Shown: positions 47,629 through 56,512 of the stretch, piece after piece
How the letters are laid out: every line of letters begins with the position of its first letter
Numbering within the stretch: the first letter of the stretch is position 1
DNA from: a bacterium
GTDB lineage: Bacteria; SZUA-182; DTGQ01
Assembly (NCBI GenBank): GCA_040752695.1
Contig: JBFMGO010000007.1
Coordinates: forward strand, 1 to 64,000
Direction: 5' to 3'
Length of the DNA stretch: 64,000 bases
The notes under the pieces: generated by a model
Database searches by the model: none
Told to the model about the DNA's origin: nothing
The model's input: only the letters and a program-made list of their open reading frames with translations
Translations under genes and position numbers: made by a program

Positions 47629-48141
47629 TTAATATTGGTCATACCCAGTCGTATTGGCAATAAATTCACCCGTTTTGGACACGTATTTCCATCCGGGATT
47701 ATTCGGGTCTGCCGCGTCTGCCGCAACGGTGCCTATGGTCGTGAGCGCAGAATCTATCGTAATCTGATCTGCTACCTCAGCCTTGGCAAAGGGATTTTTC
47801 GGAAATCCCTGTTTGAGATAAGGGCCATACTTATAAGTGGTTGTTTTCGTCCTGCTTACATTTCCAGACTGATCCGTATACTGAGTCAGTTGTGCTTCAA
47901 AATTATTGGGATCAGGGTATTTGCCGTCGTGCTGGACGAGATAGAGCTCCAACGCACCCCGGATGCCGTTTAAGTTAGACTTTAAGGCAGATACTTTGGC
48001 ATCCTCTGAAGAACTGGTAAACTGAGGGATAACCACTGCCGCTAAGATGCCCAGAATAATAACGACCATCAAGAGCTCGATTAAGGTAAAACCATCGTTT
48101 TGCAAAAGTCTCTCCCTGGCGATTTGAACCTTCTTCATCAT
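47629..48141 (-). CDS. Major (pseudo)pilin, GspG/PilA-like
   Basis: DGFTLIELLMVVIILGILAAVVIPQF, ALELY..QHDGKYP and YGPYL..GFPKNPF; AAGGAGG RBS. Confidence 0.9.
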   Translation of the reverse strand: MMKKVQIARERLLQNDGFTLIELLMVVIILGILAAVVIPQFTSSSEDAKVSALKSNLNGIRGALELYLVQHDGKYPDPNNFEAQLTQYTDQSGNVSRTKTTTYKYGPYLKQGFPKNPFAKAEVADQITIDSALTTIGTVAADAADPNNPGWKYVSKTGEFIANTTGYDQY

Positions 48142-48292
48142 TTTATCCTCCTTGCCTTGTTAACCGGTTTTACTATGGGAGAAATAAAAAGTTATTCATG
48201 ACTGCATAAGCGTCAACTGCCCACCCGCCCGGCATCCGGCTTATGCCTTATGGTTTTTTTTGTTCAGTCAGTGGAAAATGCCATTCACCTCC

Positions 48293-49435
48293 TCAACTTA
48301 CGCCGCTCGACAGTCGGAAAATAGGGATAATGATTGATAGGACAATGATGCCTACGATGATTCCCATAAAGACGATGATAACCGGCTCGAGAATAGTGCA
48401 AAAGGCTTCCATACCTTTCCGGAATTCCTGGGCATAATGCTCTCCAAGCCGTATGATGACCAGATTCAGGCTGCCCGTTTCCTCTCCCGTTTGCACCATC
48501 TCTCTGACCGTTATGGGTAAAAAGGATTGTTTCCGAAAGGGCGCGGCAAAGCCCCTTCCTTTCTCTGCACTGTCAATCAGTTCCTGGACAAACTTCTGAA
48601 ACACTGCATTGCGGACAAGAGATTTGGTAATCATAAGCCCTTCCAGAAGCGGGACCCCGCCGTTCATGAGAAATCCTAATGTTGACAGGAAGGTGGAGGT
48701 ATAGAACTGAATCAGCATCCTGTTTAAAACAGGGATTCTCATCTTCTGGTTTTCAAAGAATTCAACGGCCTTCTTGTTTCTAAAAAGTGCCCATAACGCC
48801 AGACCCGCAGCAATCAGCCCGATGAACACTACGTACCAGTATCCCCGCAGGGAACGGCTCAACCACATGAGAAAGCGTGTGTTCCAGGGTAAAAGGGCCT
48901 CCTTGCCCTCCAGGAACAAGGCCAGCTTGGGAAAAACATAAACGATAACGAAGCAGACAACCAGAAAAGCGAAGATCATCAAGACCACCGGATAGGTCAA
49001 CGCCTTTTTGATGGCACTCAGATACTCCTCCCTCTGGTGGTGGTATTCAGCTAATTGCTTCATCATGTGCTTCAGGAAACCACCACTTTCGCCAGCCTTG
49101 ATCATGCTGATAAACAGCGGGGAAAAAACTTCCGGATACTTTGCCAGTGCATCGGAAAAAAGGTACCCCGACTCGATCTGCTCCAGGTTTTTCTCGATGA
49201 TTTCCTTAAAATAAGGATTTTGAACCTGTGGAGCCAAAACTGCCAGTGCCCGGTTGAGGGGATGGCCCGTTTCCAGCATCAGAGACAGTTGAGAGGTAAA
49301 CATCATTAATTCTTTACCCTTCACTCGCTTATGCCAGGGGAGATAGGAGAGAAGATCCTTTTGCCTTTCGTGTTGTCCGGCATCCAGGTCTTTACTTTTC
49401 GCCTTCAGCTTCGGTTGTGTCACACTTACAGCCAT
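48293..49435 (-). CDS. pilC: Inner-membrane platform protein (GspF/PilC)
   Basis: FTSQLSLMLETG.PL, MIKAGESGG, ALTYP, GEETGSL and LEPVII. Confidence 0.92.
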   Translation of the reverse strand: MAVSVTQPKLKAKSKDLDAGQHERQKDLLSYLPWHKRVKGKELMMFTSQLSLMLETGHPLNRALAVLAPQVQNPYFKEIIEKNLEQIESGYLFSDALAKYPEVFSPLFISMIKAGESGGFLKHMMKQLAEYHHQREEYLSAIKKALTYPVVLMIFAFLVVCFVIVYVFPKLALFLEGKEALLPWNTRFLMWLSRSLRGYWYVVFIGLIAAGLALWALFRNKKAVEFFENQKMRIPVLNRMLIQFYTSTFLSTLGFLMNGGVPLLEGLMITKSLVRNAVFQKFVQELIDSAEKGRGFAAPFRKQSFLPITVREMVQTGEETGSLNLVIIRLGEHYAQEFRKGMEAFCTILEPVIIVFMGIIVGIIVLSIIIPIFRLSSGVS

Positions 49436-49543
49436 AGATAATCTCCTGAGCAGGGTTTTTTCATTTTCCCCTTTTCGTAAGAGACGCTGTTTCCTTCAGC
49501 GGCGAAGTGACAAAAATTCCCCCCCCCCGCCCGCTCCCTTTTT

Positions 49544-51259
49544 TTAATCTCCAACCAGCACTGCCCGGTTGACCTCTTCGATAGTGCTGATACCGTCAAA
49601 GACTTTTTTGAGACCCTCGTCTTTCAAGGTCCTGCCTCCTTTTTTGGTCATGAGCTCTCTGAACTGGTTAATCCCTGCATCTTCCAGGATAAGGCGCTGA
49701 TAGTCGGGATCAATTTCCAGAAGCTCGTAAATTCCTACTCTCCCCTTATACCCTGAGTCGTAGCATGCGGGGCAGCCTTCTCCTTTGGCCAACTGGAGGC
49801 TCTTTTCGTTTTCCCAGCCAAAGGACTTGAGAATACTTTGATGAGGATAATAAAGGGTTCTGCATTCCGGGCAGACCTTGCGGATCAGCCTCTGGGCAAG
49901 GACTGCCGTAAGTGATGAGGAAATCAGGCACGACTCGATGCCCATGTTCAAAAGCCGCGTAATGGCGCCGGGGCTGTCGTTGGTATGGAGGGTGGATAAG
50001 ACCAGGTGTCCGGTAAGTGATGCCTGAATGGCGATTTCTGCGGTTTCCCGGTCCCTGATTTCACCGACCATGATGATATCGGGATCCTGACGCAGGGTAT
50101 GCTTCAGGATGCGGGCAAAAGAAAGGTCGATGGCCTCGTTCGTCTGGTTCTGGTTTATTATGTCCATATGGTACTCCACCGGGTCCTCGATAGTGACGAT
50201 ATTCTTTTCCATCGTGTTGAGGAAATTGAGTGCGGAGTACAGGGTCGTTGTTTTGCCGCTTCCCGTTGGCCCGGTAACCAGGATCAGGCCGAAGGTATTT
50301 TTCAGGGTTTTTTTGAAGCGGGTCAACTGTTCCGGATCGAAACCGAGTTTGTTGATGTCCAGAATGGCCCTTTTGCTGTCGAGAATGCGAAGGACAACCT
50401 TCTCGCCCAGAACGCCGGGCAAAGAGGAAAAGCGCAGGTCTATCATTCTTCCTTCGGCCTTGATCTGGATGCGGCCGTCCTGGGGCTGTCTGCGCTCGGC
50501 GATATCCAGATTGGCCATAATCTTCAGGCGGGAGATGACCGCCGGGAAAAGATCGGACCGGGGCGTCATGACCTGATACAAAACACCATCGATGCGGTAG
50601 CGCACCCGGAATTTGTTCCGGTCCGGTTCCAGGTGTATGTCGCTGGCCCTGTCCTGGACCGCCTTGAGAATGATCATGTTGACCAGGTTAATGATCGGGC
50701 TGTCTTCGGCCTGCGCCGATATACTCTGGTAGTCTTTATCGAGAGGGTTTTCTACCAGTTGCAGGTCACTCTCTTCGAGATCCGCCAAAAAGTCGTCTAC
50801 CTGAACGTTTTCCCTGTCCTGATAGTACTCTTCGATGGCCGACAGGATATCGTCCGTCCTGCAAACCACGGGATTGATTTCACAGCCCGTCATCTTGGCC
50901 AGGGTATCGAAGACGAATATGGCCTGCGGGTCGGCAGTGGCGACCGCGAGCGTATTCTTCACCTTGAACATGGGGATGACCTGATAGAGTCTGGCCTTTT
51001 CCTGGGGAATGATATGGACGATTTTAGGATCCACCAGTCCCTTGCGCAGCCAGACATGGGGTATGCCCAGTTGCTCGCCCAGAATGGTATCGAGCGCCTC
51101 CTCGGAGATGAGTTTTTTCTCCAGAAGAATGCGGCCCAGCCGTTTGCCCGTCTCCTTCTGGGCTCTGAGGGCATCTGCCAGTTGCTCCGGGCTGATCAGG
51201 CCGGCATCAACCAGAAACTCTCCCAGTTTTTTCCTTCGGAATCCATTGATTACGGGCAT
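49544..51259 (-). CDS. pilB: Assembly ATPase (GspE/PilB) with N-terminal MshEN domain
   Basis: Likely start ATG 51259 (GGAG RBS); KLGEFLVDAGLI..EQL..AL..Q and RLGRILL MshEN motifs, GPTGSGKTT, LRQDPDIIMVGEIRD, His box and CxxC pairs. Confidence 0.93.
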   Translation of the reverse strand: MPVINGFRRKKLGEFLVDAGLISPEQLADALRAQKETGKRLGRILLEKKLISEEALDTILGEQLGIPHVWLRKGLVDPKIVHIIPQEKARLYQVIPMFKVKNTLAVATADPQAIFVFDTLAKMTGCEINPVVCRTDDILSAIEEYYQDRENVQVDDFLADLEESDLQLVENPLDKDYQSISAQAEDSPIINLVNMIILKAVQDRASDIHLEPDRNKFRVRYRIDGVLYQVMTPRSDLFPAVISRLKIMANLDIAERRQPQDGRIQIKAEGRMIDLRFSSLPGVLGEKVVLRILDSKRAILDINKLGFDPEQLTRFKKTLKNTFGLILVTGPTGSGKTTTLYSALNFLNTMEKNIVTIEDPVEYHMDIINQNQTNEAIDLSFARILKHTLRQDPDIIMVGEIRDRETAEIAIQASLTGHLVLSTLHTNDSPGAITRLLNMGIESCLISSSLTAVLAQRLIRKVCPECRTLYYPHQSILKSFGWENEKSLQLAKGEGCPACYDSGYKGRVGIYELLEIDPDYQRLILEDAGINQFRELMTKKGGRTLKDEGLKKVFDGISTIEEVNRAVLVGD

Positions 51260-51278
51260 GGAAAACTCCGGACCACGG

Positions 51279-51614
51279 TCATAGAGAACTCCTGTAAGCT
51301 TTTTCCTGATCTGAGAAAATTTCGAAGACATTGGTCATTCTGGTCGCCAGAAAAATATCCATGATCAGGGGACCGGCATTAACCAGTTTGAGACTGCCGC
51401 TGGTTTTACGGAATTTCATAAGGGCGTCCCATAAAAGCTCCAGCCCTGCGCTATCGATCAGAGGGACCTCTTTCAAATCAATAAGGATCCGCAGATCTCC
51501 GTTGCTGAGGCATTGATCGAGCCGCTCTTTCAAAAGGCCCGCATGCTCCTCAACCAAAGGGCCAACTAGAGCCAGAATAGTGACTAAGCCTAATTTGGTT
51601 TCTTTGATTTTCAT
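51279..51614 (-). CDS. STAS domain protein (anti-sigma factor antagonist type)
   Basis: LIDLKEVPLIDSAGL with the phosphorylatable Ser retained. Confidence 0.88.
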   Translation of the reverse strand: MKIKETKLGLVTILALVGPLVEEHAGLLKERLDQCLSNGDLRILIDLKEVPLIDSAGLELLWDALMKFRKTSGSLKLVNAGPLIMDIFLATRMTNVFEIFSDQEKAYRSSL

Positions 51615-51763
51615 CGCTCTTCAATCCCCCTCACCTTAAGGCCCTCTCCCCTAAAAGGGGAGAGGGGGCAGACTGCCCGCGGATTTCATGCGCGGTACCC
51701 TGAGAATCCTGCCATCGGGTTTTGCGTATCGCTTCATAGGTTGGGATATTTGGGCTAGATGCA

Positions 51764-53524
51764 TCATTTGTGGCCTTCTCCATCCATACCAGCACCGGCA
51801 GGTACCCCTGCATCTTTCCCTGCATCGTCACCGGTATCTGCATCCAGTTTCAGAATATCTCCCTGGCTCGATTCAGCCATGTCTACAAAAACCTTAACAA
51901 TATCCGGATCCAACTGGGTTCCGGCCACTCTTTTGATTTCGGCCATAGCTTCCTGGTGAGAGCGACCCAGGCGGTAAGCACGGTTACTGGTGATGGCATC
52001 GTAGGTATCTCCGACGGCGATAATGCGTGCACTCAAGGGGATTTCCTTTCCCTTGAGACCATTGGGGTACCCCCTGCCATCATATCTCTCCTGATGATAC
52101 CGCACTCCGTCCAGGGATGCCTGAAATCCCTGGATAGGCTTCAGGATAATATAGCCGCGCTCCGGATGCTTTTTGATTTCATCATACTCCCCATCGCTCA
52201 GCTTCCCCGGCTTGGTAAGAATTTTTTCGGGGATGCCGATTTTGCCGATATCGTGGAGAATCGAAGCCCAGTTGAGATTCTCCCTGACGCTCTGAGGAAG
52301 GCCCATACGATCGGCAATCAGCATGGAAATATGATTCACTCGTTCCGAATGACCGCGCGTATAAATATCCTTGGCCTCTATGGCCGAAACAAGGCATTTG
52401 ACTACGGTAACCAGAAAGGTTTTCAGGTTCTGGTAAAGCTCGGTATTGCTGAGAAGAATGGAAATGACTTCAGCCATGGACTGAAGCAGCCTTACATCAC
52501 TGGCGGTAAATGCCCTTCGATGGCCGGAATTCGATGGCTGCTGCTGCCGTAATTCAATGTCTGCCGGCAGGAGGCATGGCTCAAGGGAAAAAAAAGCGCC
52601 AAGAGCTCCCTGACGAAGGCCGTTCATGGTAATGGGAACTGCGATGAGATTTAACGGGATGGAAGAACAGGACTTGAGTACTTCATTGTTATGCAATTGA
52701 TCCCAGATAATGAACTCATCTCTCCTCGTTACCAAAGGATCGGCAAAGGCTTTCATCAGGCCTTCCCACAGCTTCATCAGGCAGGTCCGCTTGCCTGCTT
52801 CATCCGACGTATGGCCGGGGATCCATTTTTCATAACGACCGCTTATGGCAAAAACCTCTTTACCGGGAATGACGATAAAGCTGTGGTCAACCTCCAGGGT
52901 GTCACTGATTTTATCGATAATGAGCTGGATACTCCTGTCTGTTTCCTGGACCCCTTTCAGCCATCCTCCCACGTCGTAAAACAGGTTCAGCTCTTCATAG
53001 CGGCTGGCCAATTCCTCGGAAAGACTTATTATTTCCATTTGACTGCTGTACTCTTTGGCAATGAGATCGGCCAGGTCAAGATAAAACTTAAGATCCTCAC
53101 TCTTCTCATCAAGGCCGAGGGCCTTGAGAGTATTTCGAGCTTTCGAAAGACCCTGACACGGATTGCCGGCCGCTGACGACGCAGTGGCGTCCTGATGCTC
53201 AAGGACGAGCAGGGTCCCCATGAAGGAATCCTCCCGTATGATCGGTATAGCGATCATATGCCGGCCATTGTCGATGGTCAGCCGGCGGATCTTCCCCCTG
53301 GTCAGTTCGCTGTGAAAAAGGTCCTGACAGCTTTGGTCGGAAATAAGATCCTCCTCCGGCTCCGGGCAGGAAAGAATAACCCTCCCCGCAGGGTCCCTCA
53401 ATTCAAGGTTCCGATTGAGCATCCTGTAGCCACGCCTCAGCAGGTTGGATAAGGGACTCAGATCAAGACGTGAAAATATTTCTTCGCATATAGGTAAGTT
53501 TTCCATGTATGTGCCATCCGGCAT
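51764..53524 (-). CDS. HD-GYP cyclic-dinucleotide phosphodiesterase with N-terminal sensory/GAF region
   Basis: AKDIYTRGHSERV, LHDIGKIG, HQERYDGRGYP, RIIAVGDTYDA and GTQLDP. Confidence 0.92.
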   Translation of the reverse strand: MPDGTYMENLPICEEIFSRLDLSPLSNLLRRGYRMLNRNLELRDPAGRVILSCPEPEEDLISDQSCQDLFHSELTRGKIRRLTIDNGRHMIAIPIIREDSFMGTLLVLEHQDATASSAAGNPCQGLSKARNTLKALGLDEKSEDLKFYLDLADLIAKEYSSQMEIISLSEELASRYEELNLFYDVGGWLKGVQETDRSIQLIIDKISDTLEVDHSFIVIPGKEVFAISGRYEKWIPGHTSDEAGKRTCLMKLWEGLMKAFADPLVTRRDEFIIWDQLHNNEVLKSCSSIPLNLIAVPITMNGLRQGALGAFFSLEPCLLPADIELRQQQPSNSGHRRAFTASDVRLLQSMAEVISILLSNTELYQNLKTFLVTVVKCLVSAIEAKDIYTRGHSERVNHISMLIADRMGLPQSVRENLNWASILHDIGKIGIPEKILTKPGKLSDGEYDEIKKHPERGYIILKPIQGFQASLDGVRYHQERYDGRGYPNGLKGKEIPLSARIIAVGDTYDAITSNRAYRLGRSHQEAMAEIKRVAGTQLDPDIVKVFVDMAESSQGDILKLDADTGDDAGKDAGVPAGAGMDGEGHK

Positions 53525-53550
53525 TCGCTCAGTTACAATTCAGTTACAAT

Positions 53551-53925
53551 TCAGTTGCAATACTGTCCGATAATTCTTACTAACTCCTTGGGACTGAACG
53601 GCTTTTCAAGGAATACCGTTTTTTCCATCGAGTGGGCCCATTCACGATCATCCTTCTGGAGACTGGAGGTAATAACAATAGTGAGAAAATCTCTTTCCTT
53701 TTTTAAGGGAATTGTTCGGTAGCACAGTTCCTTGCCGCTCAGTTTGGGCATATTGACGTCGCTGATCACCACGTCGGGTCTGAGGGATTCGATCTTCTCC
53801 AGTGCCTCCAGGCCGTTGGACGCCGTGATTACATCATAACCCGCATTAATTAACTTCAATTTCACCACCCGGATAACATACGGTTCATCGTCGGCAATCA
53901 ATATCTTCTTTTTCCCAGCTCCCAT
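53551..53925 (-). CDS. Single-domain response regulator
   Basis: ILIADDE, ISDVNMP and LEKPFSP; likely ATG at 53925 after GAGGAG. Confidence 0.9.
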   Translation of the reverse strand: MGAGKKKILIADDEPYVIRVVKLKLINAGYDVITASNGLEALEKIESLRPDVVISDVNMPKLSGKELCYRTIPLKKERDFLTIVITSSLQKDDREWAHSMEKTVFLEKPFSPKELVRIIGQYCN

Positions 53926-54147
53926 GATAAACTCCTCTTTTGATCTGATCACTTTTCCCTGTCTGCCGCCCTTTCCTTAAAGGGGACATCCGTCCCCCTT
54001 TAAGGAAGGGGGCAGGGATTTTACGCTGTTATGTTAGAGTGAAGTCAATTCCCACACCAGTATCGAGGCTCAACTGTCGCACCCTCAGAAGGGAGAAAAT
54101 CCAATCCTTTTTCGGGTTGATAGAGAATACGATAAGAGAGAATGTTG

Positions 54148-56142
54148 TTAGATGTATACTTCCTCCTTGGGTAAAATGATCGTGAAAGAGCTGCCGACTC
54201 CCAAATTACTTTCTACCTTGATATCCCCCTTGTGCAATTGGACAATGTTCATGGCCAGAGATAATCCTAACCCGGTTCCCGATTCCTTTCTGATCTCCTC
54301 TCTTTCGGATCTGAAAAACTTGCCGAAAATACGGCTGATTTCGTTTTCAGGAATGCCATGCCCTGAGTCGCTTACCCTGATCAGTACATGCTCTTCCTCA
54401 ACGATTCCCTGCAGGATGACCTTGCCGGGAGCAGGGGTATATTTAATGGCGTTCGTGAGGAGATTCAGGATCGCTACCTCGATGAGGTCCTTGTCTAAGA
54501 ACAGATTGGGCATTTTATCTGCCACATCTATCGAAAAATTGATTCCTTTATTTATTGCCTGAGCCCGAACGGTCTGATAACAATCTTTGAGCAGTTTATC
54601 CACCTTTATGAGTGTCCGGTCGATCTTCAGGCTCCCGGTCTCGATCTTTGATATATTGAGTAAGTTGTTGATCAATCGTGATAACCTGCTGGCTTCTTCG
54701 TTAATGCTGTTAAAGAATTCTCTCTTAGTCTGTTCATCGTCAACTTCGCCGTCGAGGAGCATTTCACTGTAAGAAAGAAGGGTATTTAAGGGGGTCTTTA
54801 ACTCATGGGCCACATGGTTCACAAACTCGTGTCTTGCCGATTCCGATTGCTTTTGCGCAGTGATATCGGTAATGGTCCAGAGAAAACCCAGGGGCTTATC
54901 CTCTTCATTCAGAAGATAGGAGCACCCATGGCAGAGTATCAGCGGAGTTTCCCTCTCAGAATCATGTACCTCCAAAAAATCATGAGCATAGATATTCTCT
55001 TTCCCGCAAAACATACTGAACATCTGCCCCAGGTCCGGATTCGCTTTACGGAGAAATTCTTTCCAGGGTTTTCCCAGAAAATTCTGTTTCTCTTCTTTTG
55101 CGTTGTCAGGTATCAGGAAATGACTGGCAAATTTGTTGGCCAAAATAGCTTTCCCCGTAGAATCGATCACGATAAGACCTGCCTTAAGGTTATCGAGAAT
55201 AGCCCTCAGCCGGCTCTTCTCATACAGCAGAATTTTATTCGATATTTCCAGCTCGGCATTGGACTCTTCCAGCTTCAGGTTCTTGTCCTGCTGCATAAAC
55301 AGGAGCTTATTCACCCCTTCGACAAGCTGCCCGATCTCTCCGTTATAAGAGACTTCTATTCTGGGGAATTCTCTTCGATGATTTCCGTTATCCGACCTAG
55401 CGGCAACAAGATCCTCCCTGACCATCTGCCTCAAGTGATAATTGATCCGGGATAAAGGAGAAAAAAACCTCTTTAATAAATAATAGAAGAGAAAGACCAG
55501 GCCAAAAATCGAAAGAGCAATACCTCCCGTCAGGTAGCTGACCTCTTTATCGAAGTGAAGGTAATTGGACAACGCCAGACCGATTTTGACCAGGCCAGCC
55601 CTGCCTCCATCAACGTAAATCGGTTTCGAGAACTCATAAATGACCTCTCCGTTTTGATTTTCTATCCGTCTTTGCGTCAAAAGGTATTCCGGAGATTTTA
55701 TCGGATCGGGCTCCTCGGCATTTTCACCGGGGTTATGGACTCCTTCTTCGGGAATCTGCCTTCCCAACTGGATCAGAGGAATCCCTTTATTATCTATAAC
55801 CAGGCAATAGAGCAATTCTTTTTCTCTGACTACATAGTCCAGCACGTTGAGATTTCGAAAGTTTTCCTCAACCATGCGAGGGGTTCGGACCAGATCAGCG
55901 ATAAGACTGCAAAGAGTAAAACCGTCCCGTATTAACTGCTTTTCTCCTATCTTCTTTTCATAGTGATAGAGTAAAAAAAGTATCAAACAGATAGCTATGG
56001 CAGCAACGGTGATGGTCAGCAGACCAAACTGATTGATACTTCTGGAGTTAAGCTGGCATTCATCTGCCGCTTTCCGAGAGTCGGCAGAATCCTGAGATTC
56101 AACAGAAAGTTCACACTTTTTCTGTCTTTTCATTACGGCCAT
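54148..56142 (-). CDS. Membrane sensor histidine kinase (HAMP-PAS-HisKA-HATPase)
   Basis: Two TMs, AHELKTPL, NLLTNAIKY, DSGHGI and GTGLGL. Confidence 0.92.
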   Translation of the reverse strand: MAVMKRQKKCELSVESQDSADSRKAADECQLNSRSINQFGLLTITVAAIAICLILFLLYHYEKKIGEKQLIRDGFTLCSLIADLVRTPRMVEENFRNLNVLDYVVREKELLYCLVIDNKGIPLIQLGRQIPEEGVHNPGENAEEPDPIKSPEYLLTQRRIENQNGEVIYEFSKPIYVDGGRAGLVKIGLALSNYLHFDKEVSYLTGGIALSIFGLVFLFYYLLKRFFSPLSRINYHLRQMVREDLVAARSDNGNHRREFPRIEVSYNGEIGQLVEGVNKLLFMQQDKNLKLEESNAELEISNKILLYEKSRLRAILDNLKAGLIVIDSTGKAILANKFASHFLIPDNAKEEKQNFLGKPWKEFLRKANPDLGQMFSMFCGKENIYAHDFLEVHDSERETPLILCHGCSYLLNEEDKPLGFLWTITDITAQKQSESARHEFVNHVAHELKTPLNTLLSYSEMLLDGEVDDEQTKREFFNSINEEASRLSRLINNLLNISKIETGSLKIDRTLIKVDKLLKDCYQTVRAQAINKGINFSIDVADKMPNLFLDKDLIEVAILNLLTNAIKYTPAPGKVILQGIVEEEHVLIRVSDSGHGIPENEISRIFGKFFRSEREEIRKESGTGLGLSLAMNIVQLHKGDIKVESNLGVGSSFTIILPKEEVYI

Positions 56143-56512
56143 GATTGTCGAATATCACCATTCTCTCTGTGTAAGCTGTGCGTACTTTCAGTTGTACGCT
56201 CTCTCCTGTGTAAGCTTGCCGGTAAGCTCTCTACTCGCTCTGTGCAAGTTATATCTTGTTGAAATAATAATCCTTTGAGACGCATGAGCATTCTGCTTGT
56301 CTTTTGTTTTTTTTATCGGTGAAATGATCCTAAAGTATCGGGATGCTGGCTTCACCGCTCATGACAGGTATGGCACGTAACGACGGATTTTTTGTAAGGG
56401 GAGGGAAAATTCAAGATGTGACAGACTTGCAGGATCTCAATTGTTCTGTAAAAAAGAGGGCGCCCGCTCAACAAGGTAAAGGGGTACCCTCCATGATGGG
56501 AGAACAGGTTCC

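Noticed and set aside
51260..51331. PilB start at 51331 overlapping the STAS gene by 53 bp
   Set aside because: ATG 51259 has a GGAG RBS, avoids the overlap and directly precedes the MshEN domain.
50099..51364. Long antisense ORFs (421 aa here; also 16595-17710, 21949-22893, 23568-24287, 51770-52552)
   Set aside because: They lie opposite well-supported genes and have no recognisable motifs, as expected from codon bias in GC-rich genes.
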